Shown: positions 24,318 to 38,065, numbered from the stretch's first letter. The stretch is 64,000 nucleotides of DNA from Octopus sinensis (GCF_006345805.1 NC_043008.1:30690001-30754000); one strand, 5' to 3'. Notes: generated by a model not told the origin, from the letters alone. Numbers and translations: made by a program.

Positions 24318-27300
24318 TTGTGCGTATGTATATATGTATGTGAGCGTGTATGTGCATTAGGATAAGACCTAAATTAACAATTTTGAATGCGTAGTTCGGT
24401 GAAGTGACAGTTTGATTCACCTAAAATTTTAAATATTTAGTTTTACCACATTTAATGATCTTTAAATCATAATCCCTATTATTTAAACCTTATTGATGAA
24501 ATTTGCTAAAAATTTCGTGGACCGAATCCGTTCTAGTACAAACATTTATTCACATTATTTAACAACCAGGATTATTTTACTTGATCTTTTGACATATTTT
24601 ACTTGCAATCTCTTCGTATTGCGGCATAGAAAATTACTGTTTATTGGACAAATGGGATCATATGATTGATTTTTTTTGCCATTTACTCTGAACATATAAA
24701 TGATGTATATACTACAAGTTTATGAGTTAGTATAATGCTTTATTTATATCCATTGTTATTAATAAAACACAAGATTGCAACAAAACAACAGGAATCGCAA
24801 ATCGTACGTCATACTATTTAATACTAGAGAGGGAATATAGCAGTGAAACTATAAAACTTCCTACTTTAGTTCCTCATCAATCAATTTCTATTTAATATTT
24901 TATGAGAATATTTTCTTGTCAGATTCTTGTTTTCATGCGATTCATTATCGAGATTTTTCTCTCTGCTTTTCTAAGCGGGTAGCAAATGCACTTCCCGTTG
25001 TGTTTGCAGACCCTACAGGACCTATGAGATCGATGCAGCTGATATTCATATTGACTTTTGTTTTTCAGTCTAATGTCTGTATAAAAAATAAGAGAAGATG
25101 AGCAGTGAGAGAGTTCTAGATAATTGTAGTTCTAGAGATAAAAATTGTTAACTTAAAGTTCCGTGCATAGTGCTGTTACACATGATGTTTAAAGTAATAA
25201 TTGTAATTTGGTATGGGATGTGAAAGAGATTCTTTCTTGTTATCTGTTAAAGTAAATAAATAGCTGAAATATAATGACAGCCAGAGTACTTTATGTTTTA
25301 GTTCTGTAAGCGTGAACGTTTTCCAGTCAGTTGTGTTTTAGTTTGGATGTATCCTTTAAAAATGTTTGTGAAAGCCACTTGATGTTTGATAGCTTCTCAG
25401 TACTCTAACGTAGGTGTAGATGTACGTAGTTTAGGATCAGTAGCTATTCAAAACTGAAATGAAGTTTCATGCTCTTGTGATGTAGCAGGTATAAAATATC
25501 ATTAAACCTTGAGAAGTGAAACATTAGAAAAGTGTCTGACTTTGGCTGCAGATAGATCATCAGAAGTAAGAGTTTCGTTTTGTAGGGGAAATATCAACGA
25601 GTTGATAACGAAAAGAAATAGCAAGGGTCACGGTTTAGTGCTGAGACACACCGGAACTAATGTAATGTAAATGGAATTTTACGATAAAGCAGTATGATAA
25701 GGAAATTCAAATTCATAACCAAGTAAGCTTAAACTAGAAAACAGAAAATGAAACAAGATCTCTCTCAACAAAATATATGTATCTTTCATTATTTAAAATG
25801 ATTTTTACTAACTACAGATAGAATAAAGCTAAACTTCATCAACTCTTTACTTATATTTATATTTTCAACGAACTTAACTAGGTGTGATATATTAGGAGAA
25901 AGAAAGAGATTTTTAGAGAGATACCATTTACACTTTAAAATATTGTTCTGTGAATCAACAGTCTTGTGTTATTTCATAAAATGAGATATAGGTGACATGT
26001 AGATATTTCCTATTGTTAGTATTCAGACCTTAAGACGATCTCATAAATTAAATCTATCTCAGGAAGGAATTCGCAAAATGTCATTTAACCAGAAAGGTGT
26101 CGAAATAACACTTCGAATTTAAGTATAGACTGGTTATCTTTTAACGTGATCAGATAGCTGCTACAATGTAGTAAGTATTATGGCGTTTCAATAGAGAAAA
26201 AGGAATGTTTCTTGAAATGCATAAAGGTGTGATCTTTTAAAGATAACGAGAAAATTAATGCTTATTACAGCATCCATGTTTTACTTGGAAGAATAAAAAG
26301 CAAACAGATCAGGTTGTATATATGTTGGCAATAACTTGTACAGCTACTTGAATGTGACGTCGATGTATTTGCAACCATATCGATCTGGCCCAAGATATAT
26401 CTGAGTTCAGATAGAGATTAGTTTTGGACTCTTTATTTCTACCATCAGAGAGGAAAGATTAGTTATTTACATGGTACAATTTGTTTTTAACTGTTCAGCA
26501 AAATTTGTTCTTCTAAGTCACCACTATGTACAGGAAGACTTGGTTACATAGAAAATAGACATACAGTGAACCTTGCACTGTTCCCGTTTTCACTGAAAAC
26601 GCAATTCTCTATTGAGAAAGAGACTGTTTCACTTGTGCGTCTAAAGCATTAAAGTAAAGGTCACAAACACCTTTTTTCTTCTGATTTAAATCTAAGCTAC
26701 TTTTTGTTATCAGCTATTTTTCCTGGCAATATTATATTGAGTTTCCAAATATGCATGTTTCTAAGTGTATGGCTGTGTGTTTCTGAGTAGAAGAGGGGTG
26801 ATACAGTAGCCTTATATGAACAATACGTACATTCACGTGTGTGTGGACATGTGAGGGAGTGAGAAATGCAGTACAGTAGTAAGGAGTTTGGATGACTCCC
26901 CTATCACGTCTGTAATTCCAAGGTAGGACACTCGGTCACGGAACCCGAGAAATCCCTACCAAACCTTCCCCAAAACACACCACAAATTATAGAAACAGTT
27001 TAGTATACAATAAGCTCTTTGCCGAGTTGACTTTCTTTCCCTGGATACATTATACAAAGACAAAAGTCTTCATTGTCTCCACGCGCCAAAGGATTATGAA
27101 ACTTCCCACATATACCAATATAATAGTGGAGCCTTTGGGAAAGGAGACACAAACGTCAGTATTTACTATCAATATTTCTGATACTCTTGAGGACGTAACT
27201 TTATGAAAGCATCTCATTAAACAATCAAACTAGCGTTATATTATAATTCAGAACAAAGAAGTTCAACGCATGAACGAGAAATATCTGAAGGAGTAATCGT

Positions 27301-27462
27301 ATGCTTACACATGCACACACAAACATATGTGTGTGTACGTACGTCTGTGTGCGTGTGTGTCTGTGTGTCTGTGTTTGTGCGTCTGTGCGTGCGTGTGCGT
27401 GTCCCTTTATATTTATGTATGCGTGGCGTGTGTGTTTATGCGTGTGTATATATCTATCTATC

Positions 27463-27501
<39 letters not shown>

Positions 27502-27605
27502 AATATATATGTGTGTGTCTATATACGTATATATATTTGTGTGTGTTTATACATATGCATATAGATATGTACATATATATACATGTAAATGTATATAACT
27601 AATTG

Positions 27606-27640
<35 letters not shown>

Positions 27641-28469
27641 TGTGAAAGGGGGTAGTTAGATATGGATTTATGAATATGTATGTGTACACACACTCACGCA
27701 CACAGATACATATTCATATATCTATATCTAATCCCCTCTCATTCTGAATATATATACACAGAGTGAGAGGGGGGTAGTTAGATATAGTTGTATGAATATG
27801 TATCTGTGTGCGAGGAGTGTGTGTACACATACAGACATACACTTATGAGCGCGCGCATTTATTTGTGATGGGATCAATGTAGGCGCTCGGATGGAGAGAA
27901 GTGGTTGTTTGTGTATTTGTGTGTGCACAAATATGTATCAGTATAATTTCTAAACTCTTAAGCAAATCAGTAGGATTGTTACATCTAAGTCTGTTGAAGA
28001 ACCTAGCTTAAAAATTTGCACTTCGCTTATTTCTATGCCTCACTGTGACAAACAGAAATATACTCTCTTATAAGCCCTCCAAAATTTCTATCCATACAAT
28101 ATTATGCATATCTTAATATATTTATCGAGAGATAAATAATATACTCTACAAAATATATTTTGTTAATTTTTCGTATTACTATGCAAAAGCTATGTAGTTG
28201 TGTGTTTTTCTATTCATTAATTTTTGTCTATATGTGTATGCGCGTGCAGGAGTTATATGTAGATTCCTGTGTTCTAGTGTATATAAGTAAATGACTAACA
28301 TATTAAAAATGCGCAATACTTATGTCTTCAATATTACATGCAACGATGCTTCTTATATATGGAAATATATGCGCGCTGTGTGTGTATGTTGTATAAGTCA
28401 GCATGGAAGTGTGTGTATCTATTCATCCATTCAGGTATGTTTGTGTGTGCGTATATATATATACATGTA

Positions 28470-28604
28470 TTAAAGTATTATATATATGTGTGTGTGTTTG
28501 TATCTATATTTGTGTACACACACATCGCACACATACACACACACATATATGTATATGTATCTGTATATACACATATTAGCACACACATATACACATATAT
28601 ATGC

Positions 28605-28640
<36 letters not shown>

Positions 28641-28672
28641 GTTTCTGGGTGTGCGTGGATAGATACATATTG

Positions 28673-28735
<63 letters not shown>

Positions 28736-28819
28736 TATATACATATATATGCATATATATGTGTATGTACGTATATATACAGATATATATATATATGCAT
28801 ATGCATATATATATATATA

Positions 28820-28872
<53 letters not shown>

Positions 28873-28981
28873 GTATATATATACAGATATATATATACAT
28901 ATGCATATGCATATATATACATATATGCGTGTATATATATATATATATACATATATGTGTGTGTATATATACATATACATA

Positions 28982-29020
<39 letters not shown>

Positions 29021-29060
29021 ACATATAGACACATAAATATGTGTATATATGCATATGTAT
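28470..29060. repeat. Long compound (TA)/(CA)/(TG) low-complexity tract with internal higher-order repeats
   Basis: Directly visible; the unit tatatacagatatatatata..catatgcatat recurs at about 28775 and 28880. Confidence 0.95.
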
Positions 29061-31193
29061 GTATCTCTACCTCCTCCCTCTCTCTCTCTCTGTTTAATGA
29101 GAAGAGAGAAAGTGAGAGATTGTACATTTGCTATTTGCTGTCATGGCAATGAAAATAATGTGTAATGAACCAAAATAATATTATAAACAATAAATAAATA
29201 AAAATATCAAATATCTAAGCAATAAATAAATCAACAAACAACAAGTAAAGAAAGAATGAATATTTGGCGCCAATGACTAACTATTATTGAACATTGCTGT
29301 GATTTGATTACTATTCTGGGCAAATTGCACAACAAATACTTTGTAGCTATAGTTAACGATGCATTATTTGCATTATATGACATGAAACAAAGAGTTACGT
29401 TTCACCAGGCAAACTAGACATTGATCAACCAACCGCAGCACGCTACGAACATCGCAAAAGTGAACCAACGAAGGACTCTCTATGTGGTTACTTGATTTGC
29501 TAGAAATAACAGCCAAATGATATCCAATCTGCACTTTACTGTCTTGAATATATAACGTTAAGAAAATAGAACTAATATATTGTATTCGAAAATAGTGTGT
29601 AGGTGTAATATCTTTGTAGATAAATCGATTTGGGTTTAAAAGTTTCATTTATGTAATTTTGTTATGGCCAAGTGGGTGTATGAGTGCGTATACAAGCGTA
29701 AATTTCTCCCTTTCTATTACCATATAATCATACATCTTCCTCCTCTGATTATCATGTATTTTCCATCCCATATAAAGTCTGTTTTCGATTCGAGTTTTAT
29801 TATTCAGTAGCAAGTTATTATCACTAACAACGAAATACATTTGAACTTTAGAATTAATTATTTGCCTGATTTCTTTATTCCTTTAACCACCCACCGCATT
29901 TCAGACGCAACCAAATGAGCATCCACACACCACATACAGAATCACCTGTACAATTAGTTACACCAATTTAATCACACATACAAACTCACCCGTATAGACA
30001 TACATCAACAGACCTATCACTTGCCCTCACATTGTCTCATACGAATATGCAGATTTTCACACCCGATAAAAGTTCCTTCTTATTTTCTCATATAACAACT
30101 TCAAGCACTTATACTATATCTTCATACAAACTCTCAATCGCTCACCTCCCAACTTCCGCCATCATGTATTGTCCATCCCATATGAACTCTGTGCTTTGAA
30201 CTCCATTTTTAAGATTCAATACTAAAGATGTTATCAACTGACGTCATTGGTAAAGAATTATATTCCAAGATTGTATTTAATTGATTTCAATTTTCCGTTA
30301 TCTCAACCATCTTAGTTAACCACACTACATTTCACACACTTTTACGTGTTCACACACATATATTCACGGGCACACGGGTATACACGATACCTGATCACAG
30401 TATCTCCTCCCTCTCCTAATCACAAATACACAGTCGCACACTGAGACAGATGCACGTACGAACACATATCCATACTCTTGTCACAATGTTAACAGTTTGT
30501 ATAAAAATTCGCGAAATATAGCGAATAAGATAAAAGAAACAAAGTAACATCACGACTATAGAAAATCCCACAGATAAACAATCTACACATGCTGTCTTAA
30601 AACATAATATATGATTTCTGATTTGTGGGTACCATGCGAGATTGAAAATTCCTTAGACAAGAATTAAACCACGGTCATTGTAAGCCATTCAATCTCTGGA
30701 TACCTCTATTGTGTGTGTGGGAGTGTGTGAGTGTATCTATTGGTATATGAGCATTGTGCTGTTTCTTAGGCTTATGTCAACTCTTATGGAGTGGAACAGA
30801 TATATAATATAGGTTACATAAGATTCGTCTCCAGCTGAAGTTCATTCTGTAAGCATTACACAACGAACTCTCCTCCGCGTAGCTAGTCCTCAGGCCAAAA
30901 TTAACAGCACGAATTTAATATTGCTCCAGATAAAAAAAAAACAACGAATCAACACGCTGACAGCCACTTAAGAGATGTCTGTAACCTATATTGTACTTAT
31001 TCCACTCTTCATAAATTTTGGATTTTTGCATGATCAGCGTTGGTTGATAACTCTGAGTTGTATGGAGACAATCAGCTGATCGAAATTCTTCGTAAACTCA
31101 ATAAGAGAAGAGGAGCGTAACTAACGATCTCAGTAATTTTTTGTTATCGTATACTGCCAACTGCTTGTTATCTATCTTAGGTCATACTCGCCT

Positions 31194-31244
<51 letters not shown>

Positions 31245-31323
31245 TATATGTACACACACGCACACACACACACATACACACAAACATACACACACACAGA
31301 CACATACACATACACACACACAA

Positions 31324-31351
<28 letters not shown>

Positions 31352-31356
<5 letters not shown>

Positions 31357-31764
31357 ATTAAATTAGAGATAAAACCACTATTAGGCAAATCAAACAATGA
31401 AAAATTTAAGCCAATACATAAAATTAATTAATTTATATTATTTTAAATATATATCAAAAGTATTAAAATATTAATAAAAGATAATGATTAAAACACTACG
31501 ATCGTTTCATGGCTGTCCAATTCGTAATAATTCGAGTTATGGTTACAGTCAATCACCTGAAGATTGACTGTAACCATAACTCGAATTATTACGAATTGGA
31601 CGGCCGTGAAACGATCGTAGTGTTTTAATCATTATCTTTTATTAATCTTTTAATACTTTTGATATATATTTAAAATAATATAAATTAATTAATTTTATGT
31701 ATTGGCTTAAGTTTTTCATTGTTTGATTTGCCTAATAGTGGTTTTATCTCCAATTTAATATAAT
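31352..31764. mobile_element. Near-perfect fold-back, 203-bp arms, 7-nt loop (family H3)
   Basis: 31352-31554 and 31562-31764 are reverse complements with 5 substitutions and no indels; loop acctgaa. (TA)n tracts nearby on both sides. Confidence 0.92.
31554..31622 (+). ncRNA. Type I hammerhead motif with extended stem II and palindromic helix III
   Basis: CAC-CTGAAGA-T-TGACTGT...ACGGCCG-T-GAAA-CGATCG-TA-GTG. Helix III palindrome ACGATCGT; GUA cleavage triplet; stem I CAC/GTG. Confidence 0.7.
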
Positions 31765-31828
31765 ATAATATTTTACTATAAAATCTGATTTTTCCCTGTA
31801 AGTTTGGATTTATTCCCTAATATTTTAT

Positions 31829-31898
<70 letters not shown>

Positions 31899-32348
31899 GT
31901 CTACATTTATCTATTCTTGAACAAGTTGTTGCCACAAGTTGGTTTGCTTTCTGTTTAATGCGATTTTCTTTGAAATAATTACAAAATAAGAAACTGACTC
32001 CAAACTTGAAATATATATCACACCTAATGTGTTACTGATATTTATGAAAATAGTTAATTAAAACACAACCTTATTGAGAGTCTTGCGTAAAATATTTGAT
32101 AACTTCTAAACTACAGTCCAAATAGCCATATTGTAAGATCCTATTTCTGCCTTTAGAACGTTTTTGTGTATTGTTGTTGTTGTTAATGGTGCTGCTTATA
32201 ATGAACTGCTGCTATTGTCGTGTTGGTTTTCTGCTGCGTTACTGAAGGTGATGATGGCTGCATGATGCTTTCTGCAATCGACATTGCTTGGATGGACTAA
32301 TGCCCTCTCACTTCAGTTGACTTTCCTATATTAAAGGTTATTTCCTAT

Positions 32349-32401
<53 letters not shown>

Positions 32402-33169
32402 TACATATATATATATATATTGTCTTTACATATTTTTATTTTGTTTCGTTTTTATCATTTTTCGTTATTTTGTTGTTTCTCGTTCGCTTGCATATAAGTT
32501 GTATAATGTATCTTGGTCATCCATCAATGATGCAATGATGCATGCTCCTAACATTTTCGCTTCCTGTGCTCTTCTGCAAATTCTCTTCCACACATATATG
32601 GTATTGTATTGGCAGTATTTTTAGAGTGTTAGATAGAATGCCACGACTTATTCGGTTGGGTCTCCCTGAGCCCTATCATCAAACCATACACTATTCGATT
32701 TCGCCTTTCACTCTTTCACTCTTGAATTTAAATTTGCTTGTACGTCTTGAGGGTATTGGTATCAAATAGCGAACCAAGCTTGAAGAGTAAGGCAAACTCT
32801 TACAACTTCAACATTAAACATATTGGGCTTGTCTAAAATGAGAGTTGTCCTTAGTTTGGAGTTGAGACGTGGAGTTGACATATATATATATATATATTAA
32901 TGGTAAATGGACAACAAAACCAAGGCAGGATGAGTATCTCAGGTCATTTAGAGTATTCAATAAAAGTAAGTTGAATAAAAACTGGAGAAGTAGATTATAA
33001 CAATAATAATCCTTTTTTGATACACCGTACTCGCCTGCTGCGAATCTCTAGCTCCAGCCTCAGTTGTGAACTTGAAGACTAAAAGATGACCAGTTATATC
33101 ACTTGCGCAGCGTACCTATTCGTTTAGGTCATCAGTGAACTAAACCACTCATATACTTGACACACACAC

Positions 33170-33236
<67 letters not shown>

Positions 33237-33279
33237 GTATATATATAATCAAAATAAGAAACAAGTATATCCGAGGTAG

Positions 33280-33368
33280 AGTAGTACAATTGTTTCATGC
33301 TACTTCATTTTATTTAAACACTGTAAGTATTACATCAGTTTTAAAAAGTCGAGCAATCTTCAGCCACT
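33280..33368 (-). ncRNA. Type I hammerhead motif in the 3' terminus of the PLE insertion
   Basis: AGTGG-CTGAAGA-T-TGCT-[~50 nt]-AGCA-T-GAAA-CAATTG-TA-CTACT. Stem I AGTGG/CTACT is fully paired (one G-U); helix III palindrome ACAATTGT. Confidence 0.72.
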
Positions 33369-33992
33369 TATTAAATTTTCCAGTCAAACGAACAATGCAC
33401 ATTCTTATCTCTATTTCATTTACCAACATTATAAAGAGGCACATATTTACTACCTGTGGAGAAAGACTTTATCAATTCAGTAAATATATCAGGAGTCAAT
33501 AAGATATATTAAAAAGTAATGGAAGGGAGGTATACAAGATGAACCAAATATTTTCTCTAGATATATAGAATTTTTTCCATCCAATATAGGGGAGTATCAA
33601 CCAAAGAAAAAAATTCTAATTTCATTATATTCAGATTTATATATATAATGAAATTTCTTAGTAATCTATGCAGGTTAAATAAAAGTTAGTATGATATATA
33701 AATTTTTATTTGGTTTACAAAATATTATGATTTGAAAATTTAGGAATGGTCAGAATGTTATTATTTAAAATACTTAAGCGTACAGGTAGCACAATGTATA
33801 CAAGATTGTCCCAGTTCGGGATGGTTATTCAATAAGTTTGTATTATTCCTATGTTTTAAAATTTCATATGTCTCCATAGAACAAAGTTCACATCCATCGC
33901 TACTATTTTTATATGGATGTGCCTCTTTATAATGTTGGTAAATGAAATAGAGATAAGAATGTGCATTGTTCGTTTGATTGGAAAATTCTATA

Positions 33993-34081
33993 AGTGGCTG
34001 AAGATTGCTCGACATTTTAAAACTGATGTAATACTTACAGTGTTTAAATAAAATGAAGTAGCATGAAACAATTGTACAACT
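33993..34081 (+). ncRNA. Second copy of the same hammerhead in the inverted arm
   Basis: AGTGG-CTGAAGA-T-TGCT...AGCA-T-GAAA-CAATTG-TA-CAACT; one mismatch in stem I. Confidence 0.65.
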
Positions 34082-34212
34082 CTACCTCGGATATACTTGT
34101 AGCTTATTTTGATTATAATCACCCCATTTGATTTATATGGATAATACCATACAAAATTCTGGTGCCTTTGACTTAAGTACCATAATTATCTAAATCTAAA
34201 TTTTGCTAATCT

Positions 34213-34260
<48 letters not shown>

Positions 34261-34271
<11 letters not shown>

Positions 34272-34724
34272 GAAATGAAGAAAATGCTGACAAAATAATT
34301 TAAGTAAGGGAGAGTGTATTTAATTAGGTGAAAGTTCTTTTTTTAAACAAAAAAAGAGAAAAATTGGTTAGAATACAATGTTCATTTTTTGTGAATGATT
34401 TTACCGGTTGCGCATTTGTTATGCTTATCAAAAGATATTTTGAGTGAGATAGAGTTCCTTCTGATTGATTTTTGTCTTATCTGATAAGAGAAAAAAATAG
34501 ATAAGAGAAAAAAATCAATCAGAAAGGAACTCTATCTCACTCAAAATATCTTTTGATAAGCATAACAAATGCGCAACCGGTAAAATCTTCACAAAAATTG
34601 AACATTGTATTCTAACCCAATTTTTCTCTTTTTTTGTTTAAAAAAGAACTTCACCTAATAAATACACTCTCCCTTACTTAAATTATTTTGTCAGCATTTT
34701 CTTCATTTCCTTTTTTATATATAT
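34261..34724. repeat. Fold-back with ~220-bp arms between (TA)n tracts; no hammerhead found
   Basis: aaggaaatgaagaaaatgctgac...gtcttatct pairs with agataagag...gtcagcattttcttcatttcc. Arm differences are almost all 1-base homopolymer indels. 16-bp tandem duplication at the centre. Confidence 0.85.
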
Positions 34725-34766
34725 CACAACTCGTGTTCCGCATCTCCTTTTAAAAATATATATATA

Positions 34767-34809
<43 letters not shown>

Positions 34810-34971
34810 ATATAATTATAAACAGTAGTACGCAATGTTTACCAACAAGTAAAACCATGATTGTAACTAAGTATAACAAGGTGTTAGAAAAACCTTTATC
34901 CTAGAAATAAAAGCTAAAATGCTCTAATGCTGTAGTCAAAAGCACAATTGAATATATTTATACTGATAGGA

Positions 34972-35033
<62 letters not shown>

Positions 35034-35622
35034 CATAGTAACAATAATAATAATCATAATAATAATAATAGCAATAATAATGAAGGCAGATAATTGTAAT
35101 GGAGGGTACTGGGTAGTACCCATATTGCTAGAAATGAGACTTAAAAACCCATAGATCTGCAAGAAAGTACATTTTCATATATTGATAGGAGAGATAACGA
35201 AGCTTTTTCACTAGATTAGCACCTTTCACTCTCAGTCACAATTAATGACAACTGAAGTTTTGCATTTTGGTTTATATTATGTATAGCAACCTTCATTATT
35301 TAATTATTTTTACATTAGCATTTCGATAATTCAGCCCAAAATTTATTTGGTAAATATATGTACTGGCAGTATGGACTTAGCCAAACCATACGACGATGGA
35401 GCAATCACTACTGACGAGCTTGTAAAATTTCAGACAAAACTAATCTAATCTAAGATTTAGCTTCCCTATTTGGGCGGTTACCTCCCCTGTTAGTTTATGA
35501 AAATGTGCTTTCTTGTATCTCTAATGGTTTTTAACTCTTATTTCTAGCAATATAGGTGCTGTCTATCAACCTCAGTCACACTTAGTGACAACTGTATATA
35601 TATATAAATATATATATATATG

Positions 35623-35684
<62 letters not shown>

Positions 35685-36482
35685 AATATTTAAAATTATC
35701 ATGGAAATATGTACGTACAAGCACGTCTCAGATACATTTAATTCCCATTTAATAAATCAGCAGAGACTTTTTGGGAAAATTAGGAATAACAACATCATCA
35801 TTATTTCCAGCACCATCACTATCATGACCAATAGTATCACCACCACCAGTGTCACTACCACTCCCACCACCATCACCATCATCATAATTTCCGTCATGCC
35901 TATGTAAAGCAACTATCATCATCACCGTCATCCACAGCATCATGTCACTATTACCATTAAAGCAGCTTCATGGTGCATTAGAACATTTTTTATCATTTAC
36001 AACATGATGATGAAATTGATAAATCTTACTGAAATGTCATAACTACGTGCATATCAATAATTTGTTTTTGCTTTTATAGAATCTATGTTTAACTACTGCG
36101 GATGTTTGCCTCGGCTTACACAGTTTTAGAGGTCACCACCTCACGGCATACGACCTTACGTCGGTTTGATAACTTCATTCTATGATATTTGCAATACTGA
36201 ACTACCAGTGTCTTCGGACACTGATTTTTATTTGCATAATATGTATCAGACAAGTGCAAGAATCCAAATATCACACCCCTGAAATGTTTAGTTTTATGCT
36301 ATTGTAAGAAACCATATGTGGAGTAACATAATTGAGTGCGTATCGAACAAAAGGCCAGTAGATTGACAAACATTGAGAAATTCTGTTTAGCTTCTGAGTT
36401 CAAACTGTACGTTTGTTATTTGCCTTTAACTTATCCGAAATCAGTTAAAGAATGCGGTAGCATTGAATTTGAATTAGAGCAG

Positions 36483-36622
36483 ATTGTTGTTATTTTTATT
36501 ATTGCTGTTGTTGTTGTTGTTATCATCATCATCGTCATTATTATTGTTATTATCATTATTATTATTATTATCATTATGATCAACATCATCATCATCATCA
36601 TCATTATTATTATTATTATTAC

Positions 36623-36672
<50 letters not shown>

Positions 36673-36679
36673 GTGTTAC

Positions 36680-36731
<52 letters not shown>

Positions 36732-36733
36732 GT
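36483..36733. repeat. Compound (GTT)/(ATC)/(ATT)n microsatellite
   Basis: Directly visible. Confidence 0.97.
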
Positions 36734-36789
36734 GATAAAGGTGATGAGTCGACAAAATTCTTAGCGGCACTTCAACTGTGTTTACGCTC

Positions 36790-36895
36790 GGAGTTCAAAT
36801 TCTGCCAAGGTCAATTTGGCATTTCTTCCTCTTGGAGTCGACTAGCCACGGCGCCAAAATTTCAGGCTTTGTGCCTACTTTAGTAAAAAATTATT
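36790..36895 (+). mobile_element. Internally deleted SINE fragment with tail B
   Basis: ggagttcaaattctgccaaggtcaatttggcatttc...gtcgac...ccaaaatttcaggctttgtgccta; same tail as 1100-1141. Confidence 0.65.
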
Positions 36896-37961
36896 ATTAC
36901 GATTATTATCATTTTCTTTATACACTAGTTGATCATTATTATTAACATTATTTCATGTTTGTCAGTATTGTTATTATTACGAAACCAAGCAGTATTTCAT
37001 GTAATAAATTTCAAAATATTCTTCAGTTTTCGTCATTTAAAAAAAACAATTGTTTCAGTTAATGATCTTGCAAAATCATTTTTAAAATGTTTATATATTC
37101 TATTTCGCTTCTATTTTGTAGGAATAGAACCAACACAAACGACCAACGGACAAATATCTAACTCACAGTTCACGCCACAGTTGCCTTGTTTCCTTCTACT
37201 ATTTTACTTACTTATATATTCAACAGAACATCTGTAGCAACGGACAAGAGTGCGTGAGCAAATATGGTGGCCTTTTTGATTAATATTATCAGATTTGGTC
37301 TGAAGATCAAATTTCAGCCAGACTGCTTAACTTGCAGGGGGAATTCCACAAGCAGGAGGACCTGGCAGATGGTTTGATACAATGATGGAAGTCCGCTTGA
37401 GCCGTAAATCAAGTCTTAAGTCATTAGAAACTTTGACTGGGCTGAAATGAATCCAGTCAAAGATCATTTGATCCGTTAAGAAGTTGTCGCTTCGATACGA
37501 CCAGAATGTTAACGCTAAGACTGACAGCAAAAGAACGAAAATGTAACACACACATAACATTTATGTAAGCGTAGATATATGCATATATATATATATATGC
37601 ATATATATATATACATTTACACACATATACATATATATATACATATACATATATATATATACATATACATATATACATACATACATACATATATACATAT
37701 ATATATCCATAAATATATGGCTATACATACATATATATATATTATACGGGTGTGAGTATATACATACGTCTATATATATGTGTGTGTGTGTGTATATACA
37801 AATTTATGCATATTTATATCCATATAAGTATATATATTTATATGCACACACACACACATATACATACATGCATATACTTATATTAGTTTGTGTACATATA
37901 TGTTATGTAGGTATGTATATATGTGCATATATATATATATATAGATATATATATATACTAC

Positions 37962-38005
<44 letters not shown>

Positions 38006-38025
38006 CACACACACACACATATATA

Positions 38026-38065
<40 letters not shown>

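Larger units (their letters stand above)
33243..34117 (-). mobile_element. 5'-truncated Penelope-like insertion with an inverted ~200-bp copy of its 3' end
   Basis: Arms 33243-33444 / 33917-34117 (about 95% identity). The spacer encodes on minus AHPYKNSSDGCELCSMETYEILKHRNNTNLLNNHPELGQSCIH, the PLE C-terminal A.PY....C.LC..E...I....LLN...EL...C.H motif. The 3' end abuts (TA)n. Confidence 0.88.

Noticed and set aside
31352-31764. A/G arm mismatches as a fossil of A-to-I editing
   Set aside because: Two of the three are at CpG sites and are more simply explained by cytosine deamination in the left arm.
34280-34345. CTGACAA...T-GAAA-GTTC as a hammerhead in the 34.3-kb hairpin
   Set aside because: No stem I complement and no palindromic helix III.
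35410-35450. CTGACGAGC as a hammerhead 5' core
   Set aside because: No downstream GAAA/UH with pairing stems.
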